The notes below the pieces were generated by a model. That model ran no database searches, was not told where the DNA came from, and saw only the letters and a program-made list of their open reading frames with translations. 49,071 nt of DNA from the sequence record SRR31156797_8627; one strand, 5' to 3'. Of this stretch, positions 26,964 through 36,989 are shown piece by piece. A program made the translations under genes and the position numbers. Positions within the stretch are counted from its first letter, which is position 1, and every line of letters starts with the position of its first letter.

Positions 26964-28457
26964 TTAGAATTTACCGAACACGTTGATGAAGTTCAAGAAG
27001 GTCTGGGGATAAAGTCCCAGCCACACGGAAATCAAAGCCGTGGTAAAGAGCGGAATAACCATGCACAGCGGGGCTTCATTATATTGCTCAATATTTGCGC
27101 CTTCTGCCGGGGCTTTAAAAAATGCCCGGTAAACAATGGGACCGAAGTACCCGGCGTTAAGCAAAGTACTTGCCAGTAAGGCTACCAAAAGTCCCCATTG
27201 CCCTATACTTACCGCGCCTTTGACCAGATACCACTTGGTAGCAAAACCGCAGACCGGTGGCACTCCGATCATGGATAAAGACGCAATAGCAAAAGCCCCG
27301 AAGGTCCAAGGCATTCGCCTGCCCAATCCGTCCATAAGGCTGATTTTCTTAAGGTGGGTTGCCACGTAAATGGCACCGGCACCGAAGAACAAAGTGATCT
27401 TGGAGAAAGCGTGGTGGGCGATATGCATCAACCCGCCCTGCACTGCATCAGGAGTCAACATGGCTACACCGATAATGATATAAGAAAGCTGACTGACCGT
27501 GGAGTATGCAAGCCGGGCCTTAATATCATCCTTGGTCAGGGCGATGAGCGATGCAGTTACGATTGTAAATGCCGCAAGGTAAGCTGTGGGCAAACCCAAT
27601 CCCAATTTATCCATGAGGTCCACACCGAAACCGGAAAGGATCACGCGGGAAACCGAGAAAACCCCGGCCTTAACAACTGCCACCGCATGCAACAGCGCGG
27701 AGACCGGAGTCGGCGCGACCATTGCTGAAGGAAGCCAGTTGTGAAACGGCATGAGTGCGGCTTTTGCCAGACCTGCGATGTAAAGTACGTAGGTGATGGT
27801 CACCAGTGTCGGATCAGCGTCCGCCGGGAAAATTCCCTGCGCCACATCACCAAGATGGAAGTCCAAGGTTCCGCAGAGTACATAGGTCATGACCATGGCT
27901 GGCAACAGGAATAACTTGGAAGTACCCATCAGGTAGACCATATATTTCCGCGCCCCGTTGAAAGAAACATCATCCTGATGATGAGCAACCAGCGGGTAAG
28001 TGAATACGGAAATTATTTCATAGAAAAGATAAAGAGTGAAAATATTCGCCGAAAAAGCCACGCCCACTGCGCCAAAAATGGCAACCGCAAAACAGAAGTA
28101 ATATCTGGTCTGGGCATGTTCATTAAGGGTGCGCATATAGCCGATGTTATAGCTAGTAGCAAATACCCAGAGTAATGATGCGATCAAGGCAAAAATAAAA
28201 GCCAACCCGTCCGCAGCAAATGATACATTCACACCCGGAAACAGGGTGAACAAAGTGTATTCAACAATCTTACCGTCCAGCACATCAGGGACCATAGAGG
28301 CTACTGAAATGAAGGTCAGAATCCCGGCCCAGATGGAAACAGCTTCACGGCGGTTTATATTCTCACGGAAGAACCAGATAAGAAACGGAGCCACCAGAGT
28401 GATGCCGAGCGGGACCAGGATTCGCGCGCTGGTGATGAATTCAGTGCTAACTGTCAT
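26964..28457 (-). CDS. Monovalent cation/H+ antiporter subunit D-like (extra antiporter module)
   Basis: LFYEIIS, KAALMPFHNWLPSAMVAPTPVSALLHAVAVVKAG, AYSTVSQLSY, HAFSKITLF, GFATKW. Confidence 0.9.
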   Translation of the reverse strand: MTVSTEFITSARILVPLGITLVAPFLIWFFRENINRREAVSIWAGILTFISVASMVPDVLDGKIVEYTLFTLFPGVNVSFAADGLAFIFALIASLLWVFATSYNIGYMRTLNEHAQTRYYFCFAVAIFGAVGVAFSANIFTLYLFYEIISVFTYPLVAHHQDDVSFNGARKYMVYLMGTSKLFLLPAMVMTYVLCGTLDFHLGDVAQGIFPADADPTLVTITYVLYIAGLAKAALMPFHNWLPSAMVAPTPVSALLHAVAVVKAGVFSVSRVILSGFGVDLMDKLGLGLPTAYLAAFTIVTASLIALTKDDIKARLAYSTVSQLSYIIIGVAMLTPDAVQGGLMHIAHHAFSKITLFFGAGAIYVATHLKKISLMDGLGRRMPWTFGAFAIASLSMIGVPPVCGFATKWYLVKGAVSIGQWGLLVALLASTLLNAGYFGPIVYRAFFKAPAEGANIEQYNEAPLCMVIPLFTTALISVWLGLYPQTFLNFINVFGKF

Positions 28458-28462
28458 ACGTT

Positions 28463-28771
28463 TTACCCTTTCAGCCTTGTTATTGCGTCGGTTTCAACGG
28501 ACTTAAACCGTTTTGCCACCACAATGATTATTGCCAGCACAAGGGTCGCTTCAGCAGCGGCCAGCCCCATAACAAAAAGTGCGGCGATCTGCCCGACTGC
28601 GCTTCCGGCCTCAGTAAGCTGGGAGGCAGAAACAATGGACAGCCCCGCGCCGTTTAGCATCAGCTCTACGGAAATAAGCATGCCCACCAGCGATTTGCGC
28701 CAGACAATACCGTACAGCCCGATAGCCAGTAGCAGAAGCGCCACCAATTGGTACATTAAAAGAGGACTCAT
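28463..28771 (-). CDS. nuoK: NADH-quinone oxidoreductase subunit K
   Basis: MLISVELMLNG, AAAEA; 102 aa, 3 TM. Confidence 0.93.
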   Translation of the reverse strand: MSPLLMYQLVALLLLAIGLYGIVWRKSLVGMLISVELMLNGAGLSIVSASQLTEAGSAVGQIAALFVMGLAAAEATLVLAIIIVVAKRFKSVETDAITRLKG

Positions 28772-29295
28772 GATGCCTTCCTCCCTTTCTTGCCTTTCTG
28801 TTCAAAGGCCAGCAGCACAGCTCCGGCCATGGCAGCCAGCAGAACGACCGAAATTAACTCAAAGGCCACCGGGTAATCTTCCAGCAACCCTTTACCGATC
28901 TGGACCAGCGGGACCTCAACCGGAATATTGATGGAAGCGGGCTGGAACTTGACCAGAATAAATCCGATAACCGTAACCGGGGCGATGAAGGTCAGGGCCG
29001 CCAGTGCGGACTTACCCGGTCTGCGACTTCCTGATTCCACCCCATGTTCATCAGCTTGAGTAAGCATAATGGCGAAAAAGATGAGCACACAGACCGCACC
29101 CACGTAGATGAGAATCTGCATGAAGGCCATGAACGGTGCAGCCATCAGCATGTACATTCCAGCCACGCCCAGCAGGGATGATATCAGCCCCACCATGGCC
29201 CGAACCAGACTGTGTGCACCAACCGCTATGCATCCGCCGCCGAGGATCAGCAGCGTGTAGACAGCGAAAGCGACTTTAGCGAGCATTTCCATCAT
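28768..29295 (-). CDS. nuoJ: NADH-quinone oxidoreductase subunit J
   Basis: QILIYVGAVCVL, FELISVVLLAAMAGAV. Confidence 0.92.
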   Translation of the reverse strand: MMEMLAKVAFAVYTLLILGGGCIAVGAHSLVRAMVGLISSLLGVAGMYMLMAAPFMAFMQILIYVGAVCVLIFFAIMLTQADEHGVESGSRRPGKSALAALTFIAPVTVIGFILVKFQPASINIPVEVPLVQIGKGLLEDYPVAFELISVVLLAAMAGAVLLAFEQKGKKGRKAS

Positions 29296-29909
29296 GATTC
29301 TGTCCCTGCCTCTTTTTCAGTGGTTTCAGCTTCAACATTCTTGGGAGACTCTGCCGCTTTTTCCGCCCCTTTCTGCACCAGAGAGGCCTCTGCCTGTGCA
29401 CTGAGTCTTGCCAGAAGGTCCATTTTCAGTTCCTTGCGGTCAGTCACGGTCAGGTACACATTTGATGAGTAGCGCAGTGCCTTTGCAGGGCAGTTTTCCA
29501 CGCATGATCCACACAGCGAGCAAAGCGAAAAGTCATACAAAAATTTTGCAGGCTCTTTGGGGGCCTTGGGTTTCTTGACCTTTTCACCGCGCTCTTCCGC
29601 TTCTTTCATGGCCTGAAGTTCAGCCTCGGTAGGTTTGGGAGCCTTAGCCTTGACTACAGTGATGCATTTGCTGGGACAAGCCGTAACGCACATCATACAG
29701 GCAATACATTTTGGCTTAGCTGGATCTTTGGGTTTACCGATGAGCTCCAACGGTCCCCGGAATCCCTCCAACTGCCCGGAAGTCACCGTCTCACGCGGGT
29801 AATGGAGGGTTACGTTTTTATCGACAAAGTTCTTACCCGTGACTTTCAGCCCTACGATCAAAGACCAGAGCGAAGTCACGTCGTCCCATATTTTTTTGAT
29901 TACACTCAT
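29292..29909 (-). CDS. nuoI: NuoI-like 2x[4Fe-4S] subunit
   Basis: TLHYP, FRG, CIACMMCVTACP and CSLCGSCVENCP. Confidence 0.9.
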   Translation of the reverse strand: MSVIKKIWDDVTSLWSLIVGLKVTGKNFVDKNVTLHYPRETVTSGQLEGFRGPLELIGKPKDPAKPKCIACMMCVTACPSKCITVVKAKAPKPTEAELQAMKEAEERGEKVKKPKAPKEPAKFLYDFSLCSLCGSCVENCPAKALRYSSNVYLTVTDRKELKMDLLARLSAQAEASLVQKGAEKAAESPKNVEAETTEKEAGTES

Positions 29910-29921
29910 TAAAACGCCCTC

Positions 29922-30890
29922 CTACAACTTCATCACAAAAGCGGTGATAAACAGGTTCAACAAAGCCAAGGGCATGAGCCATTTCCAGTTGATGTTCAGA
30001 AGCTGGTCAAAGCGAACGCGGGGGTAAGTCCAGCGCAGCCAGATCATGACCAGCAGCAGGGTGTAGACTTTGGCCAGGAACCACCATGCGCCGTCAAAGA
30101 ACGGCCCCTGCCAGCCGCCGAGAAACAGGGCCGCAGCCACGGAACAGACCACGATCATGTTGGCGTATTCAGCGAGAAAGAACATACCGAACCCCATGCC
30201 TGAATATTCAGTATGGAATCCGGCGGTAAGCTCACTTTCCGCTTCCGGCAGGTCAAAGGGGGCGCGGTTGGTCTCACCCAATGCGCTAATAAAATAAATA
30301 ATGAAGGCTAGAGGCTGTAAAAAAACATTCCACTGCCACGGCCAGCCCCCCTGCCCCTCAACCACGGTAGTCAGGTTCAGGCTTCCGGTCATAAAGGCAA
30401 TTGCCAATACCGAGAGTAACAACGGGATTTCATAGGCCACGGACTGGGCCACAGCCCTTGCCGCACCAAGAATACCCCATTTGTTATTTGATCCCCAGCC
30501 TGCCAGACAAATTGCCAACACGTTCAGCCCTGCAAAAGCCAAAATGAGAAGCAAACCGAGGTCCATTTCCATTCCGGTTGCAACCGGACCGAAAGGGATA
30601 GGCAAAAAAAGTAAAAGCACGGGCAAAAAGGATAGAACCGGAGCAGTCCAGAAAAGCAATTTATCCGCACCGCTGGGAGTGAAAAGCTGTTTACCGATCA
30701 ACTTCACTGCATCGGCCAACGGCTGAAGCAGACCTTGGGGTCCTACTTCGTAAGGGCCGGGCCTGCGCTGTACGAATCCGGCCACCTTACGTTCAAGGTA
30801 AACCAGCACCAGCCCGTTCAATCCCACAAAAGCGGCAATCGCCACCAGCGCGATGATTAATTTAACGAGTTCTACAGGAATTTGAGACAT
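29922..30890 (-). CDS. nuoH: NADH-quinone oxidoreductase subunit H
   Basis: ERKVAG..QRRPGP, GLLQPLADAVK, ETNRAPFDLPEAESELTAGFHTEYSG, PRVRFDQL. Confidence 0.96.
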   Translation of the reverse strand: MSQIPVELVKLIIALVAIAAFVGLNGLVLVYLERKVAGFVQRRPGPYEVGPQGLLQPLADAVKLIGKQLFTPSGADKLLFWTAPVLSFLPVLLLFLPIPFGPVATGMEMDLGLLLILAFAGLNVLAICLAGWGSNNKWGILGAARAVAQSVAYEIPLLLSVLAIAFMTGSLNLTTVVEGQGGWPWQWNVFLQPLAFIIYFISALGETNRAPFDLPEAESELTAGFHTEYSGMGFGMFFLAEYANMIVVCSVAAALFLGGWQGPFFDGAWWFLAKVYTLLLVMIWLRWTYPRVRFDQLLNINWKWLMPLALLNLFITAFVMKL

Positions 30891-30903
30891 ATGAAGCTCC
30901 TGA

Positions 30904-32055
30904 CTACCTGTCGATTTCCGGGATTACCATGTCCAAGCTGCCTAAAATCGCAACAGCATCTGCCAGCATTGTTCCCTGTGCACATTCTGCAAACAGGGAC
31001 AGGTTGGAAAATCCCGGTGCACGCAGCTTAATCCGATACGGGGTCTTACTGCCGTCACTCACGATATGGATTCCGACCTTACCGCGCGCTCCTTCAGTAC
31101 TGAAATACGCTTCACCAGCCGGAGCCTTCCACGTAGGCTTGGGAGCCTTCTTGATGATGTGCTCACCTTCGGGAAGCTGATCAAGGGCCTGCTCAACAAT
31201 ATTCAGGCTCTGCTCAATCTCTTCCATACGCACCATGTAACGGGCCATGGCATCAGCTTCATAATAAACCGGAACTTTCCAATCGAAACGATCATAGATG
31301 GAATAAGGTTCGGCCCTGCGGGTATCGTGCTCCACGCCGGCACCACGAATCAAAGGTCCGGTTGCGCCGTAGCGGTTACACATATCCGCATCCATGTAGC
31401 CGATATCTTCAATACGTTTACGCAGGATAATGTTGTCGGTGACTAAATCCTTGTACATGGGTAGACGGTCGCGCAAACGTTTGATGAACTTGGTACACTT
31501 GCCCGCGAAATCATCATCAAGGTCATGAACAACTCCGCCGAAACGGAAGTTGCTATAGGTCAGCCGTGCTCCGGTTGCCTTCTGCATAATGTCCATAAGA
31601 ATTTCACGGTCATCAAAGCCATACATAATCGGGGTAAATGCACCGAGATCCAACAGGTATGCGCCCCACCAGAGCAGGTGTGATGAAATACGGTTCAGCT
31701 CGGTAAGAATAACCCGGATATACTCAGCACGTTCAGGTACCTCAATCCCGGCCAGTTTTTCCACCGCGCCCACGTATGCATGGTTCCATGCCAACGGATG
31801 CAAGTAGTCCACACGCCCCATATTAGGAATAAACTGGACCCAGCTTTTCACCTCGGCCATTTTTTCATGCATACGGTGCAGATAACCAAGTACAGGTTCT
31901 GCGCGAACGATATATTCACCGTCCAGCTCAAGGATGACCCGCAGAACACCGTGAGTAGAAGGATGCTGCGGTCCCATGTTCAGAATCATGGTGTGATCAT
32001 CTGCGCCCTTCTCAAAATGATTGGTGTAGTAATCACCTTCAGGAAAAGTATTCAT
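30904..32055 (-). CDS. nuoD: NADH-quinone oxidoreductase subunit D
   Basis: NMGPQHPSTHGVLR, GYLHR, RVDY, C-terminal EIDR; no NiFe CxxC motifs. Confidence 0.95.
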   Translation of the reverse strand: MNTFPEGDYYTNHFEKGADDHTMILNMGPQHPSTHGVLRVILELDGEYIVRAEPVLGYLHRMHEKMAEVKSWVQFIPNMGRVDYLHPLAWNHAYVGAVEKLAGIEVPERAEYIRVILTELNRISSHLLWWGAYLLDLGAFTPIMYGFDDREILMDIMQKATGARLTYSNFRFGGVVHDLDDDFAGKCTKFIKRLRDRLPMYKDLVTDNIILRKRIEDIGYMDADMCNRYGATGPLIRGAGVEHDTRRAEPYSIYDRFDWKVPVYYEADAMARYMVRMEEIEQSLNIVEQALDQLPEGEHIIKKAPKPTWKAPAGEAYFSTEGARGKVGIHIVSDGSKTPYRIKLRAPGFSNLSLFAECAQGTMLADAVAILGSLDMVIPEIDR

Positions 32056-32585
32056 GATGCTGCCCCCTCTTCCGATTCCTGTTGCTCTTCATCAAAGAGG
32101 GTGAATCCTTCTCCTTTGAAAACAATCTCGCCGGGATTGAGAATCTCACGCAGAGGCTTGCGGCTCTTATCATCTTTGAGCAGCACCCCATTGGGTGTTT
32201 CAGGATCGAGCAACAGGGGTAACAGATTAGGATGTCCCGCAAATTTTACCCCGTGAAAATCATGGCACTCACGTTCATGCCAGTCCGCTCCCTGAAAAAT
32301 GGAGGAAATGGACGGCAATTCAGCTTCGTCCCGGCAGACCAGCACCCGGTGGGCAATGCGCCCCGGCTTGCTGAAGTGGGCGTAATGGTAGGAGATCAGA
32401 AAACCTTCAGCCACATCAAGGGCGTCTATATTTTCCAAATGGTAGGCCTGTTTGAGCATAGCCTCTGCCGCCTGCATGATGTCATCGGAGGGGAGGAATA
32501 CATTCATGGTCACCCCGGAAGTCTGAACACTTCCTTTGCCGATCATGAGCGGGGTAACCGGGAGACTCAGATTATCACCCATCAT
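32052..32585 (-). CDS. nuoC: NADH-quinone oxidoreductase subunit C
   Basis: [31 protein letters not shown]. Confidence 0.9.
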   Translation of the reverse strand: MMGDNLSLPVTPLMIGKGSVQTSGVTMNVFLPSDDIMQAAEAMLKQAYHLENIDALDVAEGFLISYHYAHFSKPGRIAHRVLVCRDEAELPSISSIFQGADWHERECHDFHGVKFAGHPNLLPLLLDPETPNGVLLKDDKSRKPLREILNPGEIVFKGEGFTLFDEEQQESEEGAAS

Positions 32586-33121
32586 AAGGCACGCTCCTTC
32601 TCTAAATCTTCAGGAACAGGCCACCAGCGTTTTCCGGTCACCTTTTCCTGAATCTGGAACAGCCCTTCAAGCAATGCTTCCGGGCGCGGCGGACATCCGG
32701 GAACGTAAACATCAACCGGAATAAGATTGTCCACACCCTCAACAATTCCGTACTGCCCCTTAAACTTGAAAGGTCCGCCGGAGATAGCGCAGTTACCAAG
32801 AGCAAGCACCCATTTAGGCGCAGGCATCTGCTCGTAAAGACGTACAACTGCAGGAGCCATTTTCTTGGTCACCGTCCCGGCCACAATCATCAGGTCAGCC
32901 TGACGCGCGGAAGGCCGAAAGACCTCAGCTCCAAACCGGGCCATATCAAAACGAGCCATACCCACAGCCATCATTTCAATAGCGCAGCAGGCCAGCCCGA
33001 AAGTCATGGGCCAAAGTGACATGGATCGGCAGATGTTCATGGCGTCTTCGGCAAGTTCGAGACGGACAAGTCCATCCTCGACCACATGCCCGCCGGGGGT
33101 CAGGAGATTTTTCTCGGCCAT
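32582..33121 (-). CDS. nuoB: NADH-quinone oxidoreductase subunit B
   Basis: [43 protein letters not shown]. Confidence 0.96.
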   Translation of the reverse strand: MAEKNLLTPGGHVVEDGLVRLELAEDAMNICRSMSLWPMTFGLACCAIEMMAVGMARFDMARFGAEVFRPSARQADLMIVAGTVTKKMAPAVVRLYEQMPAPKWVLALGNCAISGGPFKFKGQYGIVEGVDNLIPVDVYVPGCPPRPEALLEGLFQIQEKVTGKRWWPVPEDLEKERAL

Positions 33122-33477
33122 GTGAACACTCCTTTCTTCCAGAAATAAATAATCGCGATAGCAAGAACAGACAGAAACCCGGCAACTTCAATAAAATAAA
33201 ACATCCCATCGGTATGGGGATACCAGACTGAAACCGGGAAGAGATAGAGAACGTCTACGTCAAAAGCTAGAAACAACAAGGCATAAACATAGTAGCTGAT
33301 GCCGAACTGATTCCATGCCCTACCGTGCGGTTTCATCCCACATTCGTAAGGCATGCCCATATCCCCGCCTTTTGCGCGTGGATGAACGAGGGCAGACAAA
33401 ATAAGGGGACCGCCGGCAAAGAGAAGCCCACCTATCAAAAACATGAAGATGGCGAACTGGAGCCAGGTAAAAACCAT
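33100..33477 (-). CDS. nuoA: NADH-quinone oxidoreductase subunit A
   Basis: [35 protein letters not shown]. Confidence 0.94.
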   Translation of the reverse strand: MVFTWLQFAIFMFLIGGLLFAGGPLILSALVHPRAKGGDMGMPYECGMKPHGRAWNQFGISYYVYALLFLAFDVDVLYLFPVSVWYPHTDGMFYFIEVAGFLSVLAIAIIYFWKKGVFTWPRKIS

Positions 33478-34056
33478 TCTCGCACCTCTCTTACGTTTTT
33501 AGAATTAGTAACACAGAACGGACACTAGTTATTTTTTTGTTAAATTGCAAAGAATACGTTCGAAAAAGTCTAAAAAAAATCTGAAGATATTTTTTATTAA
33601 ATCTATCTCACCCGACCATTCCTGTGTCAAGGAGGCCTATGCGTTTTGCAGGTTTGAACAACTGTTAAACACTCGATAGTTCAATTAATCACAAAATAAT
33701 CAACTTTAATTTCAACGAGTTGAATGAATAAAAATGATGCAAAACAAATTTTCCGCTTAGTAATAACACAATCTACAACAGATTCAATACTATTTTTACA
33801 AAACATTTCGACACACCAACCTTCATGACACTTAAAAGTAGAGAATATATGGAACAAGAGAAAGAAATATATTTCACAAACCCCAAAGTAACCAGATATA
33901 GTATCAGAATGACACAGACTCAATTATCCCTAGGCGACCACACATAACCACCTGACAAAAAAGAAGGTGTCTCCACCCAAAACGAGCGAAAACACCTATC
34001 TCCTAAAATTCAACCGTGTATAAAAAGCTACACTCAAATTCAACTAATTATTTCTC

Positions 34057-35367
34057 TCAACAATAAAAACAGTATTTACGATCCTTTTGTTCTTTAACCC
34101 GGTACATGGCTTCATCTGCCTTTTTTACCAACTCCTCGGGCTTGTCCCCGTGTTCAGGATATATGCTGATACCAATAGAAGCACCTATCAAACAACTGAC
34201 TTCATCAAATTCAAATGGCGCTGTAAGACAATCGATAAAATCCTCAGCAACACGGGCAATACTGTCCCTATTCGCAGGACGCTCCAACAGAACACAAAAT
34301 TCATCACCGCCCAGACGTGCGAAAGTATCTGCAGACCGTAAACGCGATTTCAGCCTTCCAGCAACTTTGGAAAGCACCATATCCCCGGCATGGTGACCAT
34401 ACAAATCATTCACCCGTTTAAAATCATTCAAATCAATAAACAAAAGAGCCAGCTTTTCACCATACCTTCCGGCATTGGCAACAGATTTCTCCAATCGATC
34501 AAAGAAAAGATAACGATTGGGTATTCCGGTCAACGCATCGAGGGTGGCCTTTTCCTGAAGCTCAAGCTCGCATAATTTACGATGAGTGATGTCTTCCACA
34601 ACGCCTTCAATATAAAATTCACCGCCTTCTTCAAACAAACGGCAACTTTCTGAGACCCAGATAAAAGAGCCGTCCTTACGTCTGAAACGAAGCTCATAAT
34701 CGTTAAGTGACTTTTCCTGCATAAGTTTTTGCAGAAAGACTTTCCTGTCGCCCGGATCCCTATAAAGCCTATCAGTATGAACCTTCGCCACTGCTTCTTC
34801 AGGGGTTTCATACCCCAGTATACGCGCTAAAGCCGGATTAATTTCCTCAAAATCACCATCAAGGGTAGACCTAAAGATACCTTCCACTGCACGCTCAAAT
34901 ATGTTGCGGTACTTCTCCTCAGCTGTTCGCAAAGCCTTTTCGGTTTTGATACGTTGCGCTATCTCCTGCTCCAGCATGTCCTTCTGTCTCTTCAGCTCCA
35001 GAAAAACGCCGACCTTCCCTCTTAAAGTAGGCGGATCGATGGGCTGAGTGAGAAAATCTACCGCGCCGGCTTCATATCCCATGCGGGCATAGGCCGGGTC
35101 TTTATAGATTGCAGTCAAAAAAATGATCGGGACAAGCCGACAGGACTCAATATCTTTAATTCTACGAGCAGTTTCATAACCATCCATGCCGGGCATCTGC
35201 ACATCAAGTAAAACTAAGGCAAAATCATTATCCCGGCAAAGCCCTATTGCCTCCTCCCCGTCCATTGCCTTGTACAATTCAGCCCCTTCATCTTTGAGCA
35301 ATCGCTCCAGAAGGGTCAAATTGACGGCATTATCGTCCACCAGCAATATTTTCAGGCTATTTTCCAT
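34057..35367 (-). CDS. Receiver-PAS-GGDEF diguanylate cyclase
   Basis: ILLVDD..LLDVQMPGMDG receiver, PAS, RSAD I-site and intact GGDEF; start moved to MENSLK with GGTGG SD. Confidence 0.92.
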   Translation of the reverse strand: MENSLKILLVDDNAVNLTLLERLLKDEGAELYKAMDGEEAIGLCRDNDFALVLLDVQMPGMDGYETARRIKDIESCRLVPIIFLTAIYKDPAYARMGYEAGAVDFLTQPIDPPTLRGKVGVFLELKRQKDMLEQEIAQRIKTEKALRTAEEKYRNIFERAVEGIFRSTLDGDFEEINPALARILGYETPEEAVAKVHTDRLYRDPGDRKVFLQKLMQEKSLNDYELRFRRKDGSFIWVSESCRLFEEGGEFYIEGVVEDITHRKLCELELQEKATLDALTGIPNRYLFFDRLEKSVANAGRYGEKLALLFIDLNDFKRVNDLYGHHAGDMVLSKVAGRLKSRLRSADTFARLGGDEFCVLLERPANRDSIARVAEDFIDCLTAPFEFDEVSCLIGASIGISIYPEHGDKPEELVKKADEAMYRVKEQKDRKYCFYC

Positions 35368-35576
35368 AATTCCACCAATTAATATAAAATCAAATTTTAT
35401 AAAACCCATAAGATCTAAAAACTAATCAAAAACAACTCACTGAATACATCAGGCCTAATCCTAATCAAAAACAAATTTAATTCTGAAATTGTCTTTCAAA
35501 AATAACTATCAACAGAAAAGCCCGTATCTTCGTAGATCAAGACCTAAAACATATCAAACAGACACAAATTATATAT

Positions 35577-35605
35577 TAGACATATGAAAAGTCGTTCCAT
35601 ATAAA
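35577..35605 (+). promoter_or_regulatory. Sigma-70 promoter for candidate sRNA
   Basis: TAGACA-17 nt-TATAAA. Confidence 0.6.
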
Positions 35606-35611
35606 CAGTTC

Positions 35612-35789
35612 AACGAGGAACGCAAAGGCTCTCTCCTCAAATTTTTTTTACTTTCACTCTTTGTTCATCACTGGACAAACACCCTTTCTTCCAGACGGCA
35701 TAAGGGAGGTTTGGCGCAACCTGACCCGAACGCCGCAAGCCCCGCTGATGAGGATTTCACCCCCTCAACCAGCGGGGCCTTTCTTTTTG
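35612..35789 (+). ncRNA. Candidate ~180-nt structured small RNA
   Basis: Promoter, three hairpins, then terminator gccccgctg..tgagg/cctca..cagcggggc-ctttcttttt; no ORF with SD. Confidence 0.55.
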
Positions 35790-35846
35790 ATCTAGCCATG
35801 CTCTAAGCTCCTTGCATTCCGCAACATAGCGGACTATTTTCCCCGA

Positions 35847-36308
35847 ATGAATCTTTTTGAGTATCTGGAATTTCAATACCGCAAATGGCGTTTAAAAAGA
35901 AAAAGGCAAACGGTGGTTATTCGTGGTTCCTGCAAGATGTGCGGAAGCTGCTGCCGTTCCATATGCCTTCATGTGGGCGGGAAATGGCTGAAAAATCAAA
36001 AACAGCTTTCCAAAGCTGTTGAAGAAGACAGGCTCTTGTCCCGTTTTGAAATCTGCGGCAAAACCGAAGAAGGTTACCTTAAATTTTCCTGCACCTGCCT
36101 GACCGAAAACGGCACCTGCAACGACTATGAAAATCGGCCCCAGCTTTGTCGCAGCTTCCCAAATCCTTCAATTTTCAAACAATTCGGTGAACTCCCTGCC
36201 ACTTGTGGATTCCGCATGTCCACTGAAATCGATTTTGAAAAAATACTACATGATGCACTGCAGGACGAAGACAGCATAAAGTCAGGACATATTCCTGAAG
36301 GCAAATAA
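35847..36308 (+). CDS. YkgJ family cysteine-cluster (Zn/Fe-chelating) protein
   Basis: CKMCGSCC ... C..L....C..YENRPQLCRSFP. Confidence 0.88.
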   Translation: MNLFEYLEFQYRKWRLKRKRQTVVIRGSCKMCGSCCRSICLHVGGKWLKNQKQLSKAVEEDRLLSRFEICGKTEEGYLKFSCTCLTENGTCNDYENRPQLCRSFPNPSIFKQFGELPATCGFRMSTEIDFEKILHDALQDEDSIKSGHIPEGK

Positions 36309-36433
36309 CATCTAAAGACGTATTTCCCCGTTTTTCCTGCACAAAAGCATTGATTTTTCCCTGGGTAACGGGCTAACTTAAATCGCTACCGCAGCACTGT
36401 GATTTTTCTCAACATTTATGACGAATTGGAGTC

Positions 36434-36832
36434 ATGATGAATAATGAAATCAAGATAGAATTCGGTTCAGGCCAGAAGCTTTCAGCTATCAGTGATGACT
36501 ACTGTATTGATGTTGATATGCCCGTAAGTGAAGGCGGGGAAGGTTCTGCTCCGGAACCCACGCATCTTTTTCTCGCTTCACTGGCAACCTGCGCGGCACA
36601 TTACGCCCGCAAATTTTGTGAGACAAAATCCCTGCCCATGGAGGGTCTGGAACTAAAAGTCAAATACCAGTACAATGACCAAGGAAACCAGATAAGCAAG
36701 TTCACCTACGAGCTGACCATTCCCGAAGGTTTTCCCGAAAAATACAAAGCCGCCCTGCTCCGGGCACTGGACCTTTGTCCCATCAAAAAGCTACTCTTGA
36801 GCCCTCCGGCTTTTCAGCTCGAAATCGTTTAA
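36434..36832 (+). CDS. OsmC family protein
   Basis: DMPVSEGGEGSAPEP, LASLATC, CPIKK. Confidence 0.9.
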   Translation: MMNNEIKIEFGSGQKLSAISDDYCIDVDMPVSEGGEGSAPEPTHLFLASLATCAAHYARKFCETKSLPMEGLELKVKYQYNDQGNQISKFTYELTIPEGFPEKYKAALLRALDLCPIKKLLLSPPAFQLEIV

Positions 36833-36862
36833 AAAACTTTTGCTACCATTTTGGTTCAGCAC

Positions 36863-36897
36863 AAAGCGGATAAGATAAAAATCTTATCCGCTTTTTT
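36863..36897 (+). terminator. Terminator after OsmC gene
   Basis: aaagcggataagat/atcttatccgcttt plus T tail. Confidence 0.85.
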
Positions 36898-36989
36898 ATT
36901 TGCGAAAAAACACATTCACAAGATCGTACAATACTGCTCCGCCTGTCCCCGCTTATAAGATAGCCAACACCAACAAACAGGAGGACAAA

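Noticed and set aside
30904-33121. Membrane-bound [NiFe] hydrogenase (Ech/Coo/Hyf)
   Set aside because: Large subunit has no CxxC Ni ligands, NuoB has the CC motif, and nuoA is present
33681-33923. 80-aa minus-strand ORF upstream of nuoA
   Set aside because: AT-rich, no SD or motif; likely chance ORF in promoter region
35612-35640. c-di-GMP-I riboswitch (ggaacgcaaag resembles GGACGCAAAG)
   Set aside because: No upstream GGCAAAC..GAAA P1/P2 elements could be found; kept only as an unclassified sRNA candidate
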